Shown: positions 41,101 through 50,460 of the stretch, one piece after another
Layout: the number at the start of each line of letters is the position of its first letter
How positions within the stretch are numbered: position 1 is the first letter of the stretch
Origin: an uncultured Verrucomicrobiae bacterium
GTDB taxonomy: Bacteria > Verrucomicrobiota > Verrucomicrobiia > Limisphaerales > JAFGQR01
Assembly: GCA_963788655.1 (NCBI GenBank)
Contig: CAWBHS010000026.1
Location: 6,262 to 70,261 of the forward strand
DNA: 64,000 nucleotides
Direction: 5' to 3'
Made by a program: the position numbers and the translations under genes
The notes under the pieces: model-generated
The model's database searches: none
Told to the model about the DNA's origin: nothing
Seen by the model: the letters and a program-made list of their open reading frames with translations, nothing else

Positions 41101-41532
41101 GAAGCACCGGCAACGTTCTTGTTGATTCAAGGGCTTCAGAAATTCGGCAAGCTGCGTTACGAAGAGGATTTTGGGTTTTCGACGGACGATTCCGCAACGA
41201 CGGCCAAGCCGGGCGCATTGCTCAACACACTGATTGATGAAGGCCCCAGCGCGGGCGTCCACGTGATTGCTTCGTGTGACACCTACAACAACGTCAGCCG
41301 GTTCCTCAGCCGGAAGGCCCTGAGCGAGTTTGAAATGCGGGTGCTATTCCAGATGAGCCCGAACGATTCAGCCAGCCTGATCGACAGTCCGAAAGCCAGC
41401 ACGTTGGGGTTGCACCGGGCGATTTTCTACAACGAGCAACAGGGTTACATGGAAACGTTCCGTCCGTATGCCCTGCCGCCCGGTGACTGGATTGAGCACG
41501 TAGGTGGCGAACTCGGGCGGTTGCTGAAATAG
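38189..41532 (+). CDS. FtsK/SpoIIIE-family ATPase with N-terminal 2 TM + coiled coil (EccC/EssC-like topology); 1 frameshift ~38826
   Basis: TMs SLWLVILFCLIPLVPLLQYF and AGAAIGGCLVLGFLLHYLG. Coiled coil (ORF 38135..39103), then ORF 38851..41532 with Walker A GLIAGKTGSGKSTLFH, Walker B SLLIIDEFQEF and RQGRAFGIHVLLGSQ. P-loop-less FtsK-like domains lie on both sides. Confidence 0.8.
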
Positions 41533-41546
41533 CCGTTCTCCCTACC

Positions 41547-42572
41547 CTACCGTTTCCACCAGGAGCGGTGCTGCGGTCTGGGTTCCGGGGCGAAGGACTG
41601 CTGTTGATTGATCTGTTGCACCAGTAACTGGCTGCGCGCCGCGGTCAGGGCCATGATGAAATCATCGTACGTGGGGTAGCGATCATCCGGGTTCTTGGCC
41701 ATCGCGGCGCAAATCGCGTCACTGGTTGGCTGGGTGATGTTGACATTGATGTGATTGGGCGGCGTCAGGGGGGCGTGGACATGGTCGGCCACCACTTGCT
41801 CAATCGTTTCCGCCTCGAACGGCACGTGGCCGGTCATCGCATGGTAGAGCGTGCCGCCCAGGCTGTACATGTCCGAATGAAAATCTTCGCCACGACGCTG
41901 GATCTTTTCGGGCGCCACGTAATAAGGCGTTCCCCATATCGAAGAGCCGTATTCCTCTTCTTCCTCCGCTTTGCGGGCCAGGCCAAAGTCCACCAGTTTC
42001 GGTTCGCCTTCGGCATTATAGAGGATGTTGAGGGGTTTGATGTCGCGATGGAGCAAGTCCTTTTTTAGTGCCGTTTGCAGCGCGGAGGCGACTTTGATGC
42101 CGACGTCCAACACGTCGAGTTCGGGCACGGCCCCTTCGGTTTCAATGCGATTGTCGAGGCTACCATGGTCGGCCAGTTCCATCACCAGGAAAGGTTGCCC
42201 GTCAAAATCGTCGAACGCGTAAATATGGATGATATTGGTGTGATTCAGGGCGGCCCCGGCGCGGGCTTCGCGATAGAAACTATCCATCACTTGCGGATCT
42301 TCAGTCAGTTCGCGTTTGAGGAATTTGACTGCCACCATTCGTTCGAGCGTCAGATCGAACGCCCGGTACACTGTGCCCATGCCGCCGGACGCGATCACTT
42401 CCCGTAATTCGAACTGGCGGATGCGCACCGGAACAATGACCGGGTGGCCGCACTGGTTGCAGGGAGTTGACGCCATCGGTTCACCGCCGCTTGGCAGCCA
42501 AAGCTGTTTCTTGCAGCTTCCACAAATAGATAAACGCAACGGGGCGCTGGGTTGACCGGTGGCCTCGGACAC
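41547..42572 (-). CDS. Ser/Thr protein kinase (Hanks type) with N-terminal zinc-ribbon
   Basis: CGSCKKQL...CNQCGHPV, then GGMGTVYRA, AVKFLK, HRDIKPLNILY, DFGLA and GTPYYVAPE. Confidence 0.9.
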   Translation of the reverse strand: MSEATGQPSAPLRLSICGSCKKQLWLPSGGEPMASTPCNQCGHPVIVPVRIRQFELREVIASGGMGTVYRAFDLTLERMVAVKFLKRELTEDPQVMDSFYREARAGAALNHTNIIHIYAFDDFDGQPFLVMELADHGSLDNRIETEGAVPELDVLDVGIKVASALQTALKKDLLHRDIKPLNILYNAEGEPKLVDFGLARKAEEEEEYGSSIWGTPYYVAPEKIQRRGEDFHSDMYSLGGTLYHAMTGHVPFEAETIEQVVADHVHAPLTPPNHINVNITQPTSDAICAAMAKNPDDRYPTYDDFIMALTAARSQLLVQQINQQQSFAPEPRPQHRSWWKR

Positions 42573-42903
42573 GAGAGCAAGATAACAGGTGTTGTTCGCC
42601 CGACAAGCGTGGAAATAGCCCGACCGCGCCGAGGTGGCGAACGAAGTCAGCTTTCCGCTACCGGTCCAACCCTCACGGCAACGGCACCTCTCGCTGGGAA
42701 GGATTGCCCGCCTGACTCATTGCGGTTGACAAGGACTCCGCTTTGCGGTTTCTTAAGCGCGTTCATGATGGATAAAACAATTAGCACCGATCCGCCGCAT
42801 GCTCACGGGAGCAAGCGCACGGGCGTACGGTGTCACTCCGCCCGAAAGGCTGGCGGCATCGTGGAGGGAGGGCCTTAGCCCCTGACGAAAGCAATTTTCC
42901 CCA

Positions 42904-42934
42904 CCCACGATTGTCCGGCAATCGTGGGTTTTTT
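42904..42934 (+). terminator. intrinsic terminator
   Basis: cccacgattg-tccgg-caatcgtggg (perfect 10-bp stem) followed by tttttt. Confidence 0.65.
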
Positions 42935-42982
42935 GTTTTATTCCGGGCCGTCGGGCTCATCCCGGATGCCGGAAAGTCACTA

Positions 42983-43327
42983 ATGAAATCAGACAAAAAC
43001 AGAACAAAGGATCAAGTCATGCGCGACCGGGAGTTACACCCGCCGGCCGTTGGAGCACCGGTGTTTCAAGGTGCCACCGAGAGCGAATTCGAACAATTCA
43101 AAGACCAGTTGCTACTGCGCTTGCTGCGGCAGACCAGCGACGCGGAGTTGGACGCGGCGTTGCGTCATGCCGCCAATGAAGCCGCCGCCATGGCTTGGAC
43201 GACGCCGTTTCCACTCTTGTTTCTGCCCGCGCTGGTGGAAGAGAAAGCCGAGTCCGTCCGCCGCCAGGCAAAGGATCAGGCGCCAAGCCGACCTCGCCGT
43301 TCAAAAGCGTTAAAGCCGGCGGCGTGA
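42983..43327 (+). CDS. hypothetical protein (114 aa)
   Basis: ATG 42983 within ORF 42830..43327 (MKSDKNRTKDQVMRDRELHPP...AAMAWTTPFPLLFLPALVEEKAE...). ORF evidence only. Confidence 0.3.
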   Translation: MKSDKNRTKDQVMRDRELHPPAVGAPVFQGATESEFEQFKDQLLLRLLRQTSDAELDAALRHAANEAAAMAWTTPFPLLFLPALVEEKAESVRRQAKDQAPSRPRRSKALKPAA

Positions 43328-43566
43328 GAAGGAGAGAGAGTCCTGACGCTGGATACTTGATACCGGGTGCCGGAACTGGCAGCTTGATATTGGATACCGG
43401 CCGGAATGTCCCACCCACTGCTGCGTAGTGGCGGCATTCGAATCGTCCAACGGTTCGAATGTGTGGCGCCTGAACAGCGTGGCCAACCATTGCCCGCGAC
43501 GGTTTTGGCCGCGCCTCGCCGATTCAGTTTGACCAGCTTTCCTTTGCCTCAGTAGGCTTCGCCGCC

Positions 43567-44991
43567 ATGGGTTACGAACCGAATCCCGCGATGATCGCAC
43601 CGTTCGTCGTTTTGCTCGCGACCATCGCATTGGCGCCACTGGCCTTTCCGGAATGGTGGCTGAAGCATTACCCCAAAGTGGCGCTGGCTTTGGCGGCGGT
43701 CACGCTTTCATACTACCTGCTAGTTTTACCCGGCACGGCGAAACTTACCGTGTGGCACACCACCGAGGAATACATCAGCTTCATTGTGTTGATCGGCTCA
43801 TTGTTCGTGGTGTCGGGGGGCATTCATATCAACATCAAAGGACAGGCGACGCCGCGGGCCAACGTGGTGTTTTTGCTCATCGGCGCAGTGATCGCGAACG
43901 TGCTCGGCACCACGGGCGCTTCGATGTTGATGATTCGCCCCTGGCTGCGCATGAACAAGTATCGGATCACCGCGCATCATGTGGTGTTTTTCATCTTCAT
44001 TGTTTCCAACGTCGGTGGCTGCCTGACCCCCATCGGCGATCCGCCACTGTTTCTGGGATTCCTTAAAGGAATTCCTTTCTGGTGGGTTGCCGAACATTGC
44101 TGGCCGATGTGGGCGGTGGGTATTGGGATGCTGCTGGCGACGTTTTACGTCATTGACCGACATAATTATGTCCGGGCGCCCCGCACCATCCGGGAGGAAC
44201 AAGCGGAGCCGCCGGATAGCTGGCGGTTCGACGGTTTGGGAAATCTGTTCTTCCTGGCGGTCATCCTGGTGGCCGTGTTTGTCGAGCACCCGCTGTTCCT
44301 GCGGGAAGCTATCATGGTCGGCGCGGCAGCCTGTTCGTACTTTATGACTCGCCAATCCGTGCATGAGGCCAACCACTTCAACTTTCATCCGATTCAGGAA
44401 GTGACGATCCTGTTCATTGGCATTTTTGCCACCATGATGCCGGCGCTGGATTGGTTGCAGTTGCACGCGAGTTCGATCCAGAATGCCACCCCGGGCATGT
44501 TTTATTGGGGCACGGGCGTGCTCTCCAGCGTGCTGGACAACGCGCCGACCTACCTGAGCTTTCTCAGCGCCGCCACGGGCTATTTTGTTCCCATGGATCT
44601 GCTGAACGAGTTGTTGGTCTATGTCAAAGCGCACGGGCCGGATGCGTCGGCGCTCGTGGGTCCGCACGCGGAAATGTTGCGACACGCTTTGGACACCTTG
44701 GTCAAGTACCGCGCCGCCGAAGTGAGCGCCCAGGACATTACCGCGACCCATGGGCAAGTGGCGCTGCTGCTGGGTAATCTGCAAAGCAGCCGTACGCTGG
44801 TGGCCATCAGCGTGGGCGCCGTATTCTTTGGCGCCTGCACGTACATTGGCAATGGCCCGAACTTTATGGTGAAAGCCATTGCCGAGCACCAGAAAGTCCA
44901 CGTGCCATCGTTTGTGGGATATGTGTTCAAGTTCACCCTGTTGTACCTGCTCCCCACCCTGGCGGTGGTCTGGTTGATCTTCTTCCGATAG
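43567..44991 (+). CDS. ion transporter of the ArsB/NhaD (citrate-transporter-like) permease superfamily, probable Na+/H+ antiporter
   Basis: 474 aa with ~11-12 hydrophobic segments. Blocks TGASMLMIRP, VSNVGGCLTPIGDPP, LSSVLDNAPTYL and YIGNGPNFMV are typical of this family. Confidence 0.65.
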   Translation: MGYEPNPAMIAPFVVLLATIALAPLAFPEWWLKHYPKVALALAAVTLSYYLLVLPGTAKLTVWHTTEEYISFIVLIGSLFVVSGGIHINIKGQATPRANVVFLLIGAVIANVLGTTGASMLMIRPWLRMNKYRITAHHVVFFIFIVSNVGGCLTPIGDPPLFLGFLKGIPFWWVAEHCWPMWAVGIGMLLATFYVIDRHNYVRAPRTIREEQAEPPDSWRFDGLGNLFFLAVILVAVFVEHPLFLREAIMVGAAACSYFMTRQSVHEANHFNFHPIQEVTILFIGIFATMMPALDWLQLHASSIQNATPGMFYWGTGVLSSVLDNAPTYLSFLSAATGYFVPMDLLNELLVYVKAHGPDASALVGPHAEMLRHALDTLVKYRAAEVSAQDITATHGQVALLLGNLQSSRTLVAISVGAVFFGACTYIGNGPNFMVKAIAEHQKVHVPSFVGYVFKFTLLYLLPTLAVVWLIFFR

Positions 44992-45255
44992 GCGCCACGC
45001 GGCGCAGACTAACAACCGGTCGTCCGGCCGTCACAAACGACACCGTTGCCAGCCGGTCAATTCCGAGGCGATTGCCATCGGTGGCCAGTGGGAGTTGCGA
45101 CGTGGCTTGTCTTCTGCTGCGGCAATTTGGGCAGAATCCGGACCTCGCGGAAGATACCGCCCCGGCTGGTTGGCCGTTTCCAGCGAATTAAAGAAAAATG
45201 GTTTTGCCAGACAGGCCCAAATTATGTGAGATAACGAAGCGCTTTTACCCTCGCT

Positions 45256-46604
45256 ATGCGGCGATTTTACAACATTTTATTTACACTGTCCTTTCTGCTC
45301 AGTTCGCCCTATTACTTTCTCCGGCTGCGTCGGAGGGGCAATTGGCGGGCGGATTTTTCCCAGCGGTTTGGACGTTACAGCTCCAAAGTCAAGCAAGCCG
45401 TCTCCAATCGGCACGTGCTGTGGATCCACGCCGTCAGCGTTGGGGAGGTCAATATCTGCACGCAGCTCGTCAAAGCGCTGGAGCCCCGGCTGCCCAATTT
45501 GAAGATCGTGGTTTCCACCACCACCACGACGGGTATGGGCGAATTGCAAAAGAAATTTCCTTCCCATATCCAAAAAGTCTATTACCCAATTGACCGCCGG
45601 GAGTGACGTCAACCGCGCCCTGATGACGATCCATCCGCAGATTATTGTGCTGGTGGAAGCGGAAATCTGGCCCAATTTTTTATGGCGTTCTCAGGCGCTA
45701 CGCATTCCGTTGTTCTTGGTCAACGCCCGGTTGTCCGAAAAGTCCTACCGTGGCTACAAGCGGTTTGGCTTTTTGTTTCGGCAGTTGTTCGCCGCGTTTA
45801 CCGGGGTTGGGTGCCAAAATGAAACTGACGCCCAGCGGCTGCGCGAGTTGGGTTGCCGGCCGGAGAGCATCTGCGTGGTCGGCAACATGAAGTACGACTC
45901 GGCCAAACTTGAAGAGCGCCGAGTAGTTGATGTGCCCGGGTTGCTACGCCAATTGGGGGTGCCGGACGGCGCGCGCCTGCTCATTGGCGGCAGCACCCAT
46001 GCCGGAGAGGAAGCCATTCTCGGGGAAATCTACCAGCGGTTGCGAAAGCGGTTTCCGGATTTGTTTCTGATTGTGGCACCCCGTCATTTCGAACGCGGCA
46101 AGGAAGCCGGTCGGGATCTGAGCGCGCAGGGCATCAAGTTCGCTTACCGCAGCGAAATGAGCGTGAGTTCCCGCTACGAACCCAACTCCATCGAATGCCT
46201 GTTGTTGAATACGACCGGGGAATTGAAGTACTTCTACGAACATGCCGCGGCCATCTTTGTGGGCAAGAGCCTCGTCGCCGACGGGGGCCAGAATCCGATC
46301 GAGCCGGGCGCGTTGGGCAAAGCCATGGTCTTTGGCCCCAACATGCAGAACTTCGAGGCCATCGCCCGGAGTTTTGTCGCACAGGCGCGCCGCGCTCCAA
46401 GTGCAGAACGCGGCTGAGTTGGAAACCGCGCTGGACCACATTCTGGGTGATGCCCAACTGGCCGCGGAATTGGGCCGCAACGCGGTGCAGGTAGTCAAAG
46501 AAAACTCGGGCGCCATCGAGCGCACCGTAGAGATGATCGTGGAGGCGTTGAAAGACAGTCCGATTTTTGTCGCCGGCAAACGCTTTCGCGCTCGGCAGGG
46601 TTAA
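45256..46604 (+). CDS. waaA: 3-deoxy-D-manno-octulosonic acid (Kdo) transferase; 2 frameshifts (~45598, ~46385)
   Basis: ORF 45256..45606 (LWIHAVSVGEVN), ORF 45590..46417 (EAEIWPNFL, VGNMKYD, GGSTHAGEE, GGQNPIEPGALGKAMVFGP) and ORF 46242..46604 tail (...LQVQNAAELETAL...). Confidence 0.8.
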
Positions 46605-47689
46605 GAGAGAATGCGGCCTTCGTCGAGGAAGATGCCCTTGAAGTTCATTTCCAGCGCCTGAGGATTGGTCGCCTTGGCCAAGGCTTCTTTCTTGGTGACT
46701 TTGCCTTCCTTGACCAGTTGGAACAGCGCCTGGTTGAAATTCAGCATGCCTTCTTCGCCGCCGGTTTCAATCGCCGCGGGGAATTTGTCCAGCCGGTTTT
46801 CTTCGATCATTTTCCGCACCGTGGCGGTGTTGATCAGGATCTCCAGCGCGGGCACCATGCCCGTATGGATGGCCGTGACCATGCGCTGACAAACCACCGC
46901 CCGCAGGGTTCCCGCCAGTTGCCGGCGAATTTGCTCGCGGTCATCGGCCTTGAAGAAATCCAGGATGCGCGTGACGGATTGGGAGGCCGATGGTCGTGTG
47001 GAGTGTGGAGAGCACCAGGTGCCCGGTGTCGGCTGCGCTGATGGCGGCGGTGAAGCTGATCGCGTCGCGCATTTCGCCGATCATGATGACATCCGGGATC
47101 CTGGCGCAGCACGTGCTTGAGCGCGTGGTGGAAGGACAAGGTATCCAAGCCGACTTCCCGCTGTTCGATGACCGATTGGTTGTCTTCAAAGACGTATTCG
47201 ATCGGGATCTTCCAGCGTAATGATGTGCTTCTTGAAGTTGGCGTTGATGTGCTCGATCATCGCGGCCAGCGTGGTGGATTTGCCGGAACCGGTGGAGCCG
47301 GCGACCAGAACAATGCCGCGCGGGGACTCGGCGATTTCCTGTAATACCGGCAGCAGGCCCAGTTCTTCGAAGCTGGGAACCTGCACCTTTACGTAGCGCA
47401 TGGCCAGACAGCACTGGCCGCGTTGTTGAAAGAGATTGGTGCGAAAGCGGCCAACGTCAGGCACGAAATAGGAGAAGTCCACTTCCCGTTCTTCCTTCAG
47501 ACGGTTTTTGGCGTGCGGAGGCACCATGTGCTCCACCACGTTGTTCATCCACTCCTCAGTGGGGAAGGGGCACTCGATGGCGACGAGTTGGCGATTGATG
47601 CGGAAGATCACCGGCGTTCCGATCTTGAGATGCACATCGGAAGCCCCGCCTTCAACGGCGGTTTTCAAAATGCGATTGAAGTTTTCCAT
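46601..47689 (-). CDS. pilT: type IV pilus retraction ATPase PilT/PilU family; about 3 frameshifts (~47205, ~47095, ~46985)
   Basis: [10 protein letters not shown], Walker [23 protein letters not shown](I)[18 protein letters not shown] and [11 protein letters not shown], spread over ORFs 47186..47689, 46834..47148, 46941..47414 and 46601..46897. Confidence 0.85.
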
Positions 47690-47721
47690 GCCCCGACGCT
47701 AGCAGGCTCCCTTTCGGAAGG

Positions 47722-48042
47722 CTAGCGCGAAAGCGCCAAAGCGCTGAGCCGGGTCTGCGTCTGCGGGGATACGTTGGTGAAGACCATGGACACCAAATAA
47801 CCGGCGTGCCGGTTGCCATTGCAGGCAACGACGACCCCCGTGCAGTTCAGATCACGGGGTTCTCCCGGCGTTTGCAGGGAGACGGTCATTTCCGCCCAAA
47901 CGTTAACCGGAGTGCTGCTCCGAAATTCGATCCCGTTCCTTCGGATTTGAATCGCGCTGGCGGGCAAATCCAAACGGGTTGTCTGTGACGCAACGGTCAC
48001 TGGTTGGAAATCTTGTGCGTTACCTAATTTGCTGCCGCTCAT
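47722..48042 (-). CDS. small PilZ-like beta-barrel protein (tentative)
   Basis: ATG 48042 in ORF 47722..48093. AIQIRRNGIEFRSSTPV...CTGVVVACNG..GYLVSMVFTNV is reminiscent of non-canonical PilZ domains. Sits 32 nt downstream of the pilT start region. Confidence 0.35.
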   Translation of the reverse strand: MSGSKLGNAQDFQPVTVASQTTRLDLPASAIQIRRNGIEFRSSTPVNVWAEMTVSLQTPGEPRDLNCTGVVVACNGNRHAGYLVSMVFTNVSPQTQTRLSALALSR

Positions 48043-48129
48043 ATCTGGTAGCTTAACATACGGAAGCCGAACGTCAACGAAGCGTGATAACAAATTTGCA
48101 ACGGATCAGGACGCGCCCAGCGATCCCCT

Positions 48130-49161
48130 TTACCATTCGATCACGGCAGCGGCCCACGTCAAGCCGGCGCCGAAAACTACCAACAACACCAAGTCGCCCC
48201 GTTGTATCCGGCCGGATTCCACCGCCTCATCCAGGGCAATGGCCACGGAGGCGGCCGAGGTGTTGCCGTATTTGTCGAGATTGACGAATACCTGCTCCGG
48301 TTTGGCGCCCAACCGTTCGCCCATCGCATCAATGATCCGCCGGTTGGCCTGATGGGGAATGACGCATTTGATGTGCGAAATATCGAGGTCACACCGGCGC
48401 AAAGCTTCCAAGCCCGCGGTGTACATCGCGGTGACGGCGCATTTGAACGTTTCCTTGCCATCCATTTGCAAGTAGTGCAACGAACCGGCCACCGTTTCCG
48501 CGGTTGCGGGATTGCGGCTGCCGCCAGCGGGCATGTAAATGAGTTCGCTTTTCTCGCCGTTGGCACCCATGCAGGCGGTCAACAAGCCATGCGCCGCCGG
48601 ACGATGCTGGAGAATGGCCGCCCCGGCCCCGTCGCCAAAGAGGACGCAGGTGTTGCGCTCCTTCCAGTTGACGATGGCGGACAGTTTTTCAGCCCCGATC
48701 ACCAGCACCGTTTCGTAGGTGCGCGACATGATGAACTGCTGCCCAATCTCCAAAGCATAGATGAACCCGGAACAAGCCGCTTCGATGTCAAACGCTGCCG
48801 CGCGGGTGGCGCCCAGTTTCTGTTGCACCAAACAGGCGGTGGCGGGAAACGGCATGTCCGGCGTAATGGTGGCCACAATGATCAAATCGATCTGGTCAGC
48901 CGTGATGCCGCCTTTCTTCATCGCTTTTTCAGCGGCGCGGGTGGCGATATCGGAAGTAAATTCATCCTCCGCGGCCAAGCGACGCTCCTTGATGCCAGTG
49001 CGCGTCGTGATCCAGTCGTCGGAGGTATGCACCATTTGCTCCAGTTCCTGGTTGGTTAACACACGGTCAGGCACGTACGAACCGACCGAGAGAATGGAAC
49101 AGGTACGCCCTTGGAACCCGTGCCGGGCGCGGGGATTGGTGAATGGTTTGCTCGTGGTCAT
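48130..49161 (-). CDS. fabH: 3-oxoacyl-ACP synthase III
   Basis: 343 aa. Active-site block AAFDIEAACSGFIYAL, HQANRRI and GNTSAASV. Confidence 0.9.
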   Translation of the reverse strand: MTTSKPFTNPRARHGFQGRTCSILSVGSYVPDRVLTNQELEQMVHTSDDWITTRTGIKERRLAAEDEFTSDIATRAAEKAMKKGGITADQIDLIIVATITPDMPFPATACLVQQKLGATRAAAFDIEAACSGFIYALEIGQQFIMSRTYETVLVIGAEKLSAIVNWKERNTCVLFGDGAGAAILQHRPAAHGLLTACMGANGEKSELIYMPAGGSRNPATAETVAGSLHYLQMDGKETFKCAVTAMYTAGLEALRRCDLDISHIKCVIPHQANRRIIDAMGERLGAKPEQVFVNLDKYGNTSAASVAIALDEAVESGRIQRGDLVLLVVFGAGLTWAAAVIEW

Positions 49162-50210
49162 GCGGAAATCGTTACCGCGGGAAGAGGGACAATCTGGCTT
49201 TTACTCAGGCGCTCATTGGCCTGGGCAATTTCATGGGTGATGTTTTCGGTAAGTTTGTGTTGAATGCTTTCCATGGCCACCCGAATCGCATTGGTGATCG
49301 CCTTGGCGCGGGCGGAACCATGGGCTTTGATTACCGTGCCGTTTAATCCCAGCAATGGCGCACCGCCGTAAGCGTCGGGATCCATCCGGCGCTTGATGCT
49401 GCTGAATCCGCCACTGGCCAGGGCCGCCCCAACTTTGCGCAGCGGATTGCGGTTGAGTTCGCGTTTCAAAAGTCGTCCGACCGCCTTGCCCATGCTTTCG
49501 ATGGTTTTGAGCACGATGTTGCCCGTGAAGCCATCGGCCACCACCACTTCCACGCGGTCAGCAAAGAGGTCGTGGCCTTCCACATAGCCAATAAAATTCA
49601 AGTCAACCTGCTGGCACAGCCGGGCGGCTTCACGCGTCAAGTCGTTGCCCTTGGTGTCTTCCGTCCCGTTGCTCAGCACTCCCACCCGCGGGTGTTTGTG
49701 GTGCAGCAGTTCTCGGGAGTAAACACTGCCCATGATCGCAAATTGCAGTAAGTGGGCGGGCTTGCACTCGGGATTGGCCCCGGCGTCCACGAGCACAAAC
49801 TCCCGACGATCCGCCGGGATCACGGTGGCGATGGCGGGGCGGTCCACCTGGTCCAATCGGCGCAACTTGAGGGTCGCGGCGGCCACCAGTCCTCCCGTGT
49901 TGCCGCGGGAAATGACGGCCTGGGCTTTGCCGTCCCGCACCAATTCGATGGCCCGCACCATCGAGCAATCCTTCTTCTTGCGGACAGCATCCAGGGGTTT
50001 GTCCTCCATCGTCAGCACTTCACTGGCGTGAAGAATTCGCAGGCGGGAATCCTGGCAGCGATGACGGCCCAAAGCCGCTTCAATATTCCGCTCGTCGCCC
50101 ACCAGGTAAAGCTCGGCAATATCCGGGTACGCGGCCAGAGCCAAACGGACGCCATCGATAACCACCCCGCAACCGAGGTCGCCCCCCATGACATCCACTG
50201 CAATTTGCAT
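49158..50210 (-). CDS. plsX: phosphate acyltransferase
   Basis: 350 aa. MQIAVDVMGGD..., SRGNTGGLVAA and APLLGLNGTVIKAHGSA. 4-nt overlap with fabH. Confidence 0.9.
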   Translation of the reverse strand: MQIAVDVMGGDLGCGVVIDGVRLALAAYPDIAELYLVGDERNIEAALGRHRCQDSRLRILHASEVLTMEDKPLDAVRKKKDCSMVRAIELVRDGKAQAVISRGNTGGLVAAATLKLRRLDQVDRPAIATVIPADRREFVLVDAGANPECKPAHLLQFAIMGSVYSRELLHHKHPRVGVLSNGTEDTKGNDLTREAARLCQQVDLNFIGYVEGHDLFADRVEVVVADGFTGNIVLKTIESMGKAVGRLLKRELNRNPLRKVGAALASGGFSSIKRRMDPDAYGGAPLLGLNGTVIKAHGSARAKAITNAIRVAMESIQHKLTENITHEIAQANERLSKSQIVPLPAVTISA

Positions 50211-50264
50211 AGAACAATGAAAAAGCGCAGTTAAGCTCGACAGCTTTACCGCGCTTGCAACGTT

Positions 50265-50453
50265 TTATGATCCCGCAGTGACCGTCAAAACCTGGCGCCC
50301 CTTGTAATAGCCGCAAGCCGGGCAAACCCGGTGCGGTACGTACGGCGCCGCGCATTGCGGGCAGGTGCTGAGTTGCGGCAGCTTCAGCGTACTGTTGTAG
50401 GCTCGCCGCATTCGCTGGCGACTTTTCGACGGTTTTCTCTTCGGTACACCCAT
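50265..50453 (-). CDS. rpmF: 50S ribosomal protein L32
   Basis: MGVPKRKPSKSRQRMRRA...CPQCAAPYVPHRVCPACGYYKGR. Confidence 0.9.
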   Translation of the reverse strand: MGVPKRKPSKSRQRMRRAYNSTLKLPQLSTCPQCAAPYVPHRVCPACGYYKGRQVLTVTAGS

Positions 50454-50460
50454 AATTCAA

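Noticed and set aside
38189-41532. The ATPase as the cell-division DNA translocase FtsK or a conjugative coupling protein.
   Set aside because: It has only 2 N-terminal TM helices followed by a long coiled coil, and degenerate flanking ATPase-like domains. No winged-helix gamma-domain-like C-terminus was recognised. No conjugation or divisome genes are nearby. It is operonic with WXG-like proteins. This is not fully excluded without a profile search.
42760-43566. Riboswitch controlling the downstream NhaD/ArsB-type transporter (for example a Na+ or Li+ sensing class).
   Set aside because: I cannot recognise any riboswitch consensus. The terminator lies ~630 nt and one ORF away from the transporter start. 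It is kept only as a generic sRNA/leader candidate.
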